From Lingula anatina (Eukaryota; Animalia; Brachiopoda), in contig CM120648.1 in NCBI GenBank assembly GCA_051362555.1, positions 11,032,587 to 11,096,586 on the forward strand: a stretch of DNA of 64,000 nt. The letters run 5' to 3'. A program made the translations under genes and the position numbers. The notes under the pieces are model-generated. The model saw nothing but the letters and a program-made list of their open reading frames with translations. It ran no database searches and was not told the origin of the DNA. Positions 24,516 through 36,694 of this stretch are shown piece after piece. How positions within the stretch are numbered: position 1 is the first letter of the stretch; the number at the start of each line of letters is the position of its first letter.

Positions 24516-26215
24516 GTTCAGAAGCATTTGATGACAGCTAGAATACAACAATTGTACAACAACAGCAATTAATCAGTCCTTTTGACAGGCTCCCTGTGAA
24601 GGGGTCATTACTGAGATTTTCATTGAACTATTAAACACAAATCAACAGATTACAAAACCGATTATTACCAGAGACAACTCCAAAACAAAACCAATACTCT
24701 TTCGAGAATCAAAATCAAATGTGTTCTGATCACAGTAGAAGAATCAGCACTAGAACATCGATTTGGACAATCTTATATAAGGTTTCCTTAATCAAATAAG
24801 ATAAATTTAAGTCATTTTGCTAATTGTGTTTCTGAACCATTAATAATCCATTGTGTGTTTTCTGTTACCAATGACACTGAAATAGAATCCTCTACCAAGG
24901 CCACATATGTTTTTTTCGCTAGATATTCACATGTGTTTCTCTAAATATTTCATGACACAATTCTCTGCTTTGACCTTGTTTTGAAGTCTCCTAGGATAAT
25001 TACAGGATTTGTAATTGTTTGCATAGGCACTGTCAGTTAACGAGTTCTTGTCATATCCTTCTGTGTGTAGTTAGGTAAGCTATTTGCTCTGACCTTAATT
25101 GCCTGACTTGCTGTTGTCGAACTCAACTGTCATCAATATATACAATCCCTTCTTTCTTGATAATGGCATTTGCTTTTCTCTATATATTGATATTAATTCA
25201 ATAGATTTATCATTGGTCACTAGGGGGTAATATAATAAATATCCCCAAACGTACTGTAACTAGAAGGTAAAACATGGGATTATAATAAAACACTCATGAA
25301 TACAATACAACCCAAACAGCCGCTGCATGTAGCCCAGGGATGTTTCGGGGTGAGGGTGGGGTCGGGGGTGGGGTGGGGTGGGGGGGGGGGGCGAACGCAC
25401 CACCTTTTTCCTGGGAAAAAGATCCTCTCAGGATACAGCTTGCAAATTGCTCTAAGTGAATTAATTTTCAGGGTTAAATGTCTACTTAGTCTAAAAACAA
25501 GCGACCCCCTTTTAAATTGCCGGCTACGCGGCCTGTCTGAGCGGTGTGTAGTTCACGGTTAGAAGCCTTCGATGACTGTCCTTTTGACCGGAACAATGTT
25601 CGCTCTTAATCAAACTGTTATTTTGGCCCTACCTTTATACCGTTAACGTAAAGGGCCCGCTCCTATCAGAAAAAAGACCTGTCATTATCAGTTAATTTAT
25701 GTTTTATTTATTATATATAAAAATCTTCAGCGTATGTGCACAAAACATGCAGTGGGGGTGGGGGGGGGGAGGGTGATAACCGTGTTAAGTATATTTAAGC
25801 CACGTAGATAATTGCTAGACATCGCATCACCTTCAAGGGACAGTGCGTGGGATAACATACAAAACAAATCTTTGAACTGTCTTCAACGCGTAGGAATTTT
25901 TACCTAAATTTTCACCAATGTATAATATATAATGACGTAATCATGCCGATGTATTCAGCCTAGAATATGCGTACATGTAATAAATGTAATGTTACTGGCC
26001 ATGGTGAGTACTTTTATCCTTGTCTGTTCCTTGTATTTGAACTATCTCTAAAATTTCTTTTTACTGCGCAATATGTGACATGTCCCCGAAACATTGGTGA
26101 AATCAACCTGAACTAAAAATAGAAAAATATCAGCTAAAATAAACGTTCTCGACCTGCCCCTTAGACGTATCGTTAAAAGGGCACGTTAGTTTGCTTTGAT
26201 GTCACGATCTAGACT

Positions 26216-26462
26216 GGGTTCCTATATACCTAGATTGATCTAACAGCATCGATCCATCTCCAAGAGGTTTCTCGCTAAATAGCTTTCAGCTTAAGTGGGT
26301 TAGATGGCACGCCTACTGAAGCTGATAAACGATGATTAATTATCCCCTAGCAACTTCAGTAGGCGTGAAAGACATCTAAGCCGGTTAAGTTGATTGCAAT
26401 TTAACGAGAATCCCCTTGGGAATAGATCGATCCACAGTGCGATAGGAACTGGGAATGGTCCC
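26216..26462. mobile_element. Foldback MITE with long imperfect TIRs (GGG...CCC ends, PIF/Harbinger-like)
   Basis: The arm atcgatccatctccaagagg...cacgcctactgaag is the reverse complement of cttcagtaggcgtg...ccttgggaatagatcgat. Single-arm copies at 20827-20916, 38543-38622 and 59925-59982. Superfamily assignment is tentative. Confidence 0.7.
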
Positions 26463-26648
26463 CAAGATAACAAGGACTGGAAATAAATCCAGCCCAGAAT
26501 TAGACCTGGCTGTCAAGTACGAGCGGGATTTAGTGAAAGAAAATTGCAGTTATTTCCAACAAAAACAAGACCGAGTTATATTTTTGTTTGATGTTTGGCG
26601 AACAGTTTAAGGGACGTGAATTTTGTCGATTTCAGTCATCTCGAAGAT

Positions 26649-29600
26649 ATGAGTCGCTTGTGGAGATTGGCTGTGCTGGGCCTAGTCTTCGTGGTGCTCG
26701 ATGAATTAGGATACGGTTTGTTCAAGTGCAAATACTTCCTACAACAGAAATTGATCTTATATGTAACTTTTTAAACGACAATTGTAATCTTCATATAATG
26801 CACCTTTGAAAGACCTGAGTACGTCATCTGATCCACTGTTTCATTATTCAACAAATTCTTCCTTCAGTTGGTTATATCTGGACAACAAAAATCTTTGATT
26901 AGGCTATGACAAAATTAAATTCACGCATATGCAAACTGAATATCTGATTCAGGGGAATGCAACGATGCCGTAGACAGAGACACTTATGCAGAAGTCGTTT
27001 GTGGGATGACAGAGAAAGGGATTGTTTGGAGGAGCTTCCAGAGTTGTGCGGCAGCAGGAATGGGCGTGACTACAGTTAGCACATATTTTAGGTAAGCTCG
27101 GATGTCTGTATTCTCTGATGTAACAGGGGTCTCTGGTAAAGCCTGTTACAAAATTGAAAAAAATCGTAAAAGACTAGTAGGTACCCCAGCGGTAAGAGAA
27201 TAGGATATCTGTGTATTTTGGCGGCAAGGGGAGGGGCGTGGCCACTGACAGCTGGGAAGGGCATGGTTTAGTTTTGTATGGCAGCTGGCATGGGCGTTCC
27301 TCTATAAGTTGTGAGTGTGAACTGACATTTTGTATTGGTGTCTGGTTTCTCGACTGTGTCACAAAAAGTCTCAGCAAATCCGCCTTGTGCTTATAAAAGC
27401 TGTTCAATGAAAACGAGGGCTTTTTGGTATGATATCAATATAGAGTATTTCAAAGTCACTTTCTTTAGTAAATGAGAAGCAATAAACGTTCGTTTTAAAC
27501 TTCAGAAATGGTTGCAAGGATTTGGTGATAAAGTCTTTACCAGACGTAGCTAAAGCTAAACACCTAGCGTGCAAAATCCTGGAGAAAATGGCCAACGAAT
27601 GTGTCAGTCTGTACGGGGCGAATGTCTCGGATTGGCGGGTTGAAACCGGATGCACTCTGACCACGCCCCCTTTAACCACGCCCAAGACAGCCACACCTAC
27701 GCTTATTAGTACTACCATAAAAGCTTTGTCTACCGCTAAACCAAGTGGTAAGTCAGACGATATTTGTATATTTTAAGATGAAAGTAAGTATTAGTCCTTT
27801 TGTCGAATGCCCTAGACCAGTAATGTAAGCATTCCTACTCAGCCTGCTTAAACTAGAACTATCAGCCATTTTTGACCTGATGGTACTCATGCGACTATTT
27901 ATTTGTTTATTTTACTTCTAAATTACCAAACATTAATTGTTCGTGCTTTTATTATTTAGTCATGTAACGCATTTCTTTCCATATTTCAAAGATAAACATC
28001 GTTTTATCTAGTAAGGAAGCCAATGTTTTACCTAAAAAGAAGTAACCTGTCGTTCATATCTTCCTAGTAAAAAATAATTATTTGTTTATGCGCTTTGTCA
28101 ATTCATTCGGGGAGTGAAAATATGTTAAGTAACACTTTTGAGTTGCTTGGCAATTAATGACAGGCGATATCTTTCTTGATGTTACCTGAAACTAATGAGC
28201 ATCTCCACATTGTATGTATACTCTGTAAACCTAGAAGGCATTTGTGTAGGGGAGAGAGCGAGAGAGTGAGTTCTAATTTGAATGTGACATAGGACCATTT
28301 CCGAAGCACATGCACAGCTTGCGCTAGCGGGCAGTTTCTTCCGGCAAATGATTCTAGTAAATAATTTCCAGAAAATAAAAGTATGTTGGTAAATATACTC
28401 TATGTAATAGATTTAATTGCCCCATTGGTTTACCGTGTTACAGTGCCTCAGTCGCCCAGGCTTCCGCCGCCCTGTGACTTTGACAGCGGTGCACAGTTAT
28501 GTGGGTGGTCGCAGGACGAGAGAGAAAGCCAGAAATGGATTCTTAACTCTGGACCCACGCCGTCAATACTCACAGGACCCTACGGAGACGCCAGTTCCAA
28601 CGGAAGTGGTACGTACGTACGTCATGGTTATCTAAAAAGTTTAAAGGCGGCATGATACCCGCTAGAAAATAAATTAATGTTTAGACAATTCAGAAAAATC
28701 TTCAAGGAACTGTATATTCACAGTCAAAAAATACATTTACATGTATGTTTACGCGCTAATACCAATATCGCAAAGTCGGTCTTACGCTGTCGACTATTCA
28801 AGTTTAGCAAGCTAAGGCTTAGCCCAAAACTTGGGGTGTTTTAGTCTAAATGATGCTTGGTGATCAATCTACCTGTGTAATTCACCTGAGCTATATATGT
28901 CTGGCGCGTAGCGTGGACTCTCAGTTGTTTTTGTTGACTGAAACAAGATTTAGACCGTAAACATACTTGTACTGTACGTGCTTTGACTTAAAACCGTCTA
29001 ACTTTACTTTTACATTGTCATTATCAAGGTAGGTACATCTACGCTGCAGCATCGTGGTTTTTACATCGAGCCAGGCTGCTTTCTCCGGAAATCACCATCC
29101 ATCGGCCATCTTTTTTCTGCCTTAGTTTTCACTACCACATGTATAATTGGAATCTTCCGGTTTCGCCGATAGGTGGCTCTGCTGGCGTTAATGGCAATGG
29201 GGTATTGATTGTTGGAAGGTATTATATTTACTTGTTCTACACGATTTTTATATGAATAATGACACTCATATAAGTGTTTAGTCACAGATAAACCTTGCAG
29301 AGATACGGAAAGATTTTTACAGACCCATGCTCCCCCAAACAGAACTATGTGTACCCTGTGAAATCACCGCATATTACGTAATGCAGGAGAGTAACAGGGA
29401 AGATACACGTACAGTGTAGTACATAGATTAAATGGTAGTGACAGACCGACTTCAGATTTCTAATATACCAGTCATTAATTTACTTATTTATTCAACGTTT
29501 ACAATTAAACCCTTCCAAATTAATTCTATCATTCAAATAAAGGACTTGAATTTCAGGATTTAATTTCCTGAACTTCATGTGCCACAACCCGTCGAGATTG

Positions 29601-31074
29601 CAACATTTTTTCATTTTTTTATGTGATGAAATTTCAACGTTGAATCTTATTTTCCAAATCAAACATGAATTGGATGTCAAGGCTACGTTAACTCAACCAT
29701 TGTGTGGTTCCTAGACATTCAGTACTGGGGATATTATGTGACCGTGGCGTTATAACTTATACACTTTAATCGGTTTAACAGGGGCGGATCCAGGATTATT
29801 TGAAGGGGAGGTCCGCGGGGTTTGGGGCCCGCTGAAGGGCCCCAAAATTTTTGAAAATTTAGAGGGCGAACGGTGCCATTTGGTACGGTTTAGAACTATG
29901 TTTCAGCTAGTCAAAATTTTAATTTCTAGAGGGGACCAGAACTCGAAGAGGGGCCCGGAAGGACCCCCTAAACCAGCCACTGGGTTTAAGGGGTGTGTTT
30001 CGTTGTAATGCGATATATTTTCTCTCGGGATTTGTGTAAGATAATATACACTGTCACCATTTAGCGATATATGCCTCCATTACCTTTCTCACTGACGCTC
30101 GAGGTGTTCTGGCCTAGATCGCTCGGAGTTAATGTGTCACAGACCCAGTGTCACACGTACGGATACTGATAACAAAGTACTCACATTTCATCGAAAAAAA
30201 AACCCTAAAGGCGTACAAAGCGTATATCGCCACAGTCACATGACACCTGTAGATATGTAACATACGTATGTACATGCATTTCCACATGCCCCCCAGGCTG
30301 TCCAGCGGCAAGTATACACCACTTGGAGCTGTGAAGGGAAACCGTAACGAATGGCTTCGGGCTCAGTTCTCGCTCGACTTCCTGTTCAGTCCCATGACAT
30401 TTCGGGTAAGGCTTTTAAGTCTAGAGAGATGTCTTAAGCTTTGAATTTGCTATTTGAGCATGTATATAATTATGCCTTGCTGTTTATCTTGTGTTTTTGT
30501 GATGAAATACTTGCAATATTGGGCGACAGTCTTATTTGGCAGTTGGCTCCTTATAATGAATCTTCTGAAAATGGCGTCTTTATAGAGAGTCACATGTACG
30601 TAACAGCCAATTAAAAGATTTTGATGCCATTATTATCCTTGGCAATAAAACGCGTAGCCCACCAAATGCAATTATATTACAACAATATTTGTTTTTATTA
30701 GTTTTTAATTAGCTCTTTATGCTCAATCTAAAATTTTCAATTACCGGTACGATGTTGTTCCAACAGCTTCCCGAGGAGAGCAATATTATCCTTTTAAGTA
30801 TTACGATATTATATGCTACCGTAAGGATAATTTGCCATGGCGGGTGACACATCTAAGTTACTAAATAAGACCGATCTTTTATGCTTATATATACTTTTAA
30901 TGTCAAACACACTTCTTCCACAGCCTATACATGTACATCAACAACAATAGTTTTGACGAACTACATTGTACTCTTTCCTGATTTCAGTTTTATGTAGAAA
31001 CAACGACCGGTGTGCTATACCCCTATAATGTAGCTGTGGATAATTTGGAGGTCCGAGAAGGAGCCTGCAAGTAA
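26649..31074 (+). CDS. Secreted protein: C8-like cysteine domain, Thr/Pro linker and MAM domain, 7 exons, ~332 aa
   Basis: Exons 26649-26715, 26953-27091, 27506-27747, 28444-28608, 29029-29218, 30297-30405 and 30988-31074, all GT-AG, 999 nt in frame. Signal peptide MSRLWRLAVLGLVFVVL. C8-like ACKILEKMANEC...WRVETGC. MAM: CDFD...CGWSQ...TGPYGD...ARLLSP...CLSFHYHMY...VAVDNLEVREGAC. Confidence 0.9.
29779..29982 (+). mobile_element. Complete hAT-like MITE in an intron of the MAM gene
   Basis: Ends caggggcgg / cagccactg, flanked on both sides by the direct repeat ggtttaa (target-site duplication). Confidence 0.8.
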
Positions 31075-31659
31075 AAATGATAACATTTAAAATGCAGAGA
31101 ACATGACGGCCTTTGGGAAAACAGCTATTACATAGATACCATGAAATTCACTGTGAATATGATCGGCTTCGGAAGGATGTTCAGCTAAATATCAGGATAT
31201 TTCTTTTTTCCTATTTTGATTGGGAAATGAAAACTTACACAGCTTGAAAAAAATTTAGTAGTATACCTAACATTTTGTTTTTTAACTAAGAAACTGTCTC
31301 GATAATCCAGGTGATTTACCAATTTATGCAAAATAAAGGCACGTTGCGTATGCTATTTTCCTAGGTCTGTGTCTTTTGTTAACATCTATAAATATATAAG
31401 TATATAAAAGAATGGTTTCAGTAGCGGTGGGAAAACCGTTAAAACAATAAAGACCGCTGGAAAAAAAGCTAAGGGTCCTTGAAACAGAATCCGCATTTCA
31501 TTAGATTCATACTGGTTAGGGTAAGCGTGACGTAAGCTCCCTGTATAAAGTAAACGTGTCTCAAACGTGTCTCAAGGGGACTCTCTTACTCGGCACAATT
31601 TCAGGTATACTGCTCTGTGGAAGGTCCTTTTTTTAACACTAGCTGGTACCAGTAACTAC

Positions 31660-31960
31660 TGTGTATTCCTATACGTCAAAATTTGTGTGTTTCCTCCTCG
31701 GTGATTTGGTCCGACAACACCAACACTTGGTGGACTGACCTTCGATAGCTCATTGATAAATGTTACGGTCCATGACTTTGTTACCATTACGATTACGATG
31801 TGTCGTCATTAATTCTGTAAAGATAGTCCATTGAGTAATTGTACGCCGCCATTATTACATACCTCTGAGCTCGCGCTGGAGCACCCTCGAATAGGCAGCG
31901 AAAAAAAACGCAGATATACAAGTATAGGCAATACTGTTTGACCATGTCAAAAAATTTACA
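31660..31960 (-). pseudogene. Decayed tandem copy of the adjacent glycosyltransferase
   Basis: Aligns by eye to ~33090-33385 (RINDDT, GVVGPNHRGGN), with indels. Confidence 0.85.
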
Positions 31961-32658
31961 GGCGAAATTGTCTCTCGAAATTTAGGGCCACAGTATCCTA
32001 CTTATCCTTCTTGTTAAACAATTAAACGATTCTATGCTGACATATATTATTACTGTTGTATTGATTGTTAGAAGTATATAATTATCCAGGCGCGAAAAAT
32101 CTAACAATGTTTTTGCTAAAAGAAATTGAAAGAGGCTAACAAAATATGCATTTTACTGTTTTCCAAATTTGGTAAATTTTGCGTATCTGTGGTGGGGAGA
32201 CTGCACTCTATTTTCAAAGGGAGTTTCCAGTCCCTTGAACATCACATTTTAGATGTTTATAATTTTCTACAGTGATACGTATAGTATGTATACATAATTC
32301 AGTAATCGACTCACTGTCTGCTGGTGGTCAACAGATGATCATTTATAATAATTTATTCAGCTTTTGTTCATGTAAAATTACCATATTGTTTGCTGTGAAT
32401 GCTTTATCTTATACCTCTGTTTGTTTTCAAAAAGTAATAAATATATAGCAAATAAATATAGCTTAATATCAAAATAGTCAAGTAAAAAGTGTGAACGATA
32501 CTTTCCCTTTGTGTTGCTAGTAAATGTAAATAATTCTTCTCACACGATGTCCACAGAATCCCGTTTATGATGATGCTCATATCAGTCATCAATACAGAAC
32601 AAATCCTTTTAAAGTGCTACTTTGTTGGACACACAAGAAGTTAATAATCCAGTATAAA

Positions 32659-32826
32659 CAGGCCCGTAGCTAGCAATTTCAAAAGGGGGGTTCTTTTTCT
32701 GAAAAAGTGGACCCTTTTCCATAAATACTTCATGAACCTTCATCAAATTTTACCCAAAGTGGACCTTTTCCCACCAAAAGGGGCGGTTCTTTCGAACCCT
32801 CCGAACCCCCCCTGGCTACGGGCCTG
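32659..32826. mobile_element. 168-bp MITE with CAGGCCCGTAGC TIRs and a 5-bp TSD (ATAAA)
   Basis: 12-bp perfect TIR; ATAAA at 32654-32658 and 32827-32831. A sister copy at 45406-45572 has a TTACT TSD. Confidence 0.85.
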
Positions 32827-32831
32827 ATAAA

Positions 32832-33779
32832 TCACAGTTGGTTTTCTTTATTTTTCTTTAACCATGAGTTCAGTGTCTTTTTGTCATGTTCCAGCTGACC
32901 TTTGAATTTTTTTATCAAATCTGCTCTCACGTTATATCGGGTGCCCGCTGCCATGGTATGTATAACCCTTATGTTGGCAATTTTCTTCGATCTATTTGGT
33001 TTATAAACCGCTGTTATCCAATTGTCGGCAAACCAGCCTGTAAAAACAGCAGGGTAATGAAACCCAAATATGTCAATATGTGTCCTGTGAACGAAGTCGT
33101 ACGTCAAAATTTGTGAGTTTCCTCCTCGATGATTTGGTCCGACAACGCCAACATTTGGTGGACTGAACTTGGAGAGTTCAGCGATAAATGTTTCGGTCCA
33201 TGACTTTGTCACCATTTTCGTATCATCATTAATTCGGTAAAAGTAGTCGATTGAGTCATTGTACGCCGCCATTATTGCGTAATTCTGAGCATGCGCAGGT
33301 GAACCCTCGAATGGACAGTGAACAAAATGCAGATATATAAGTATAGACGATGAGCAAAGCTTTCCGACCATGTCGAAAAATTTAGCTTTGAAAGTATCTC
33401 GCGAATTTTGATCTTTGAAGAAAGCATCCGTGTAATCGTAGCTAATATAGAAATGATAGGAGTAACCTTCCGAAACTGTCTCACAGAAACTTGGCATCAT
33501 CGTTGTAAAAACTGGAAGTGTGGACAAAACTGAGGATGGTTTAAATCCCTTGGTACTGATAGCACAACCTATACCAATAGATATTTGTTTTGTGTTCGTG
33601 GCATTCACACCCAGAGTGAACTTTGTTCCGTTATATCTGAATATGGAAGACACAGATACATATTTTCTCAGTCGAGCAATGTTTGTAACGTCCACGTCAT
33701 ACATGATGATCAAAGTCGACGTTGCGATCATTATACAAATCACCATGGTTACCATAATGCCTTCTTTCAATGACGCCAT
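32832..33779 (-). CDS. Type II membrane GT-A fold glycosyltransferase, uninterrupted CDS (~315 aa)
   Basis: N-terminal TM anchor, YISYD..D, the DxD-like YFYRINDDT, GVVGP, LTYDFVHRTHIDIFG and FTGWFADNWIT. First ATG at 33779. Confidence 0.8.
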   Translation of the reverse strand: MASLKEGIMVTMVICIMIATSTLIIMYDVDVTNIARLRKYVSVSSIFRYNGTKFTLGVNATNTKQISIGIGCAISTKGFKPSSVLSTLPVFTTMMPSFCETVSEGYSYHFYISYDYTDAFFKDQNSRDTFKAKFFDMVGKLCSSSILIYLHFVHCPFEGSPAHAQNYAIMAAYNDSIDYFYRINDDTKMVTKSWTETFIAELSKFSPPNVGVVGPNHRGGNSQILTYDFVHRTHIDIFGFHYPAVFTGWFADNWITAVYKPNRSKKIANIRVIHTMAAGTRYNVRADLIKKFKGQLEHDKKTLNSWLKKNKENQL

Positions 33780-35862
33780 TTTCACGAAACTCTGAATTAT
33801 TGTTAGTCGATATTATGGAATGTTCGGAAGATTTTCACAACGTCAAATTTTAGTGTGTATAATGTTTCATAGCACCTTGTAAAGAATCATCCATTATTTA
33901 CGATGAGTGAATTATCCGCCAATCACCATCTGCATAACACTTGGATTGTCCCTGTCCTTGCAATATACAAGTTAAGAGAGGGGAAGGCGGTAATGCAGGT
34001 TTTGATTAACTTGTCAATCCCCACGTGTGAACATATCTGGCTGTGTTCTTCAATATGACGCCATGGTGTTGGCAAGGTGTTACAGCGAAGAACGTACATC
34101 TGTCACACGCATAGTTTACACAAATCAATTAATGAAATAAGGTATGAAGTAACTGCTCTGGTTTATTGATTTGTTTTCTGTCTTATGATGGCTGGATTCT
34201 GCTTTCCTCTATTAACCAAGAACCATTCTCAAGGGGTGTGTTTTACTGAAATATAATTGATACTAAAATAATAACAAATGACATCAATCTTTGAGAAATT
34301 GAAAATGAAATGTAAAGCGGAATTATAAAATTCGATCTTTAAGAATGAAATCTTTTCCGAAATTTTTCATGAAGGTGCCCAGCGTAAGATTTCCTCGCAA
34401 ACAGATTCATGATTTACGAATTTTACTGGGGAAAATTGGTGCTTTTTCTCGACAAACAACCTTGGTCAACCCTTCCTGACATTTTCTGGGAAAAGGTTAA
34501 AAAAACTCCTTATCAATTTCTGTCATTACTTCGGGCAAGCACTGCGAGAGATTGAAAATTTTGTCAAGGTGTTTGACCGGCGGAGAGGTCTGTCAGGAGG
34601 TAATAGACTAGATTATTTTTTCGACATCAAGCACTGGCTTTTGTAAATTTTCAATACTACCAAGCGTGTGTTTAAAAACTAACACTTTGTCACTTTAACA
34701 TTTATTGTTCAAAAGCCCAATGCAAAACATACCATATAATCCTGTGCATGAGGGGTTCATCGGTCGATGCATAAATAACATGCAAATCAGAATTCATATG
34801 TACAGCAGTAATGCATGTACTGCATAGAGCCTTATTTTACCTTCGGGGATTCTCGCATATATAAAGATTTATAGCACAGACTTGTGTTATCTTCCGCCTT
34901 ACTTAATGATTAACAGCGACAAACGAACTGGCGGAAAACTGGTGAAAAGGTGTGGAGTCCCTTTGCGTAATCACACGGTAGAACCTCTTAAAACATATCG
35001 CGTATCGCTTAAGCCCTTTTCATATCTAGCGGTACAATCTACTTTATTCCCAGTTTGGGAGATGGACAACCTAGTATCGTGGCTGCAACGTGCGTTTTCC
35101 TTCGAAAATACAGTATATGTAAATTTTACCTTGTTCCCTGGCCACGCTAAATAAGAATGGGACTGGTAAATGAGCATATTTCTGCGTACTTACTTGTCAC
35201 AAAATAAAAATGAATATCAGAAAGCAACTATTTACCTTCAGCCACGACGTGCAGAGGTGCCTAAAACAATGTATGTTCTTTCATCCATCCTGCAGTTTTG
35301 ATTAAACCAGTAAAATCTAGAATACTGGACTCTCACAGACAGCAGATGATATGGGCTCCGACGTTTCCTCTATATCCCTTCCTCAGGAAGGTGCGCTAAA
35401 TGTAAGAAGCCTCATTCACCCTAATTCATTTTTATCATGTGACAATCAGCACAACTTAAGCCTCCCCCGCCCTAAGGCATGACAGTGCTTGAGAGTTGGC
35501 TCTTGGCGACAGGGACAATTTATCTTAGTTACCTTTACAATGTTGGACTTTGAGTGAAAAAAAATTAAATACACTTTTCACCTTTTTTCGTAACGATTTT
35601 GTTTATGCAATTTATCTTATTATACGATGCAGTGTGTACATTTTTAAATGTTATTGTTTAAAGCTAACATGTACAACTAGCACATTTTTTTAAATATTAA
35701 CCATTTTTAAGGCAATCATTTTTTCCTAGTGTGAAATAAAAGACCTTTTAAGGCCTTACTAAAAAAAAAATATCAGATACTAAAATTCGCTTTCCACAAA
35801 TGTTTAAGATTTTGGCAAGTTTTGTGTAAACTTAGTGGTCAAAGGCAGAGCGTTAAGACACG

Positions 35863-36425
35863 CTCGTGGTAGCATAAAACAATAATCGTTTATGAGGCCT
35901 GTACATTGTTGAATAAGTGACGCTACGTTTGCTAGTATCCTCTAGGGAAATAAGCAATTTGTTAAAATAGCATTCGACAATAAGCGTTTATGAGGCCTGT
36001 ACATTATTGAAAAAGTGACGATACATTTGATAATATCCTGTGGGGAAATGAGCAATTTGTTAAAAGCAATTAAAAAAATTCAGAAGCACAATATCAGGAT
36101 CATTTCTCACTTATAAATTAATGCTGGAACGAGAATCCAATAGAATGTAAGGACTGGTTTTGAGCAATGAAGTGTACTGGATGATAACAATGAAAAAAAA
36201 AAAACACGAAAAATGTTAACCCATTCTACAGTACACATACACATATGAAATACTTACATCTTATAATGCTATCAAAGTTTCACTAAAATAGCGAAGTATT
36301 TTCAGTTTTCATTTCGTCTTCTAAATCACGAATATTTGAACAACTGGGAATTTTATTATAATTAAAAATGGACTGGGGTGATATCAATTGAACTTACGCC
36401 ACTGATAAGAGAACGCCAGAAGGGA

Positions 36426-36498
<73 letters not shown>

Positions 36499-36617
36499 CA
36501 AGCGTGAGTGTAGAACAGAGTGCTCAACAGTCCGGAGCATTTGTACACAATTAAAATTAATTTTTTAAATAAACAAGAGACATGCAATAACCCCGACTCC
36601 GAGTTTCCGTGAAAAAA

Positions 36618-36694
<77 letters not shown>

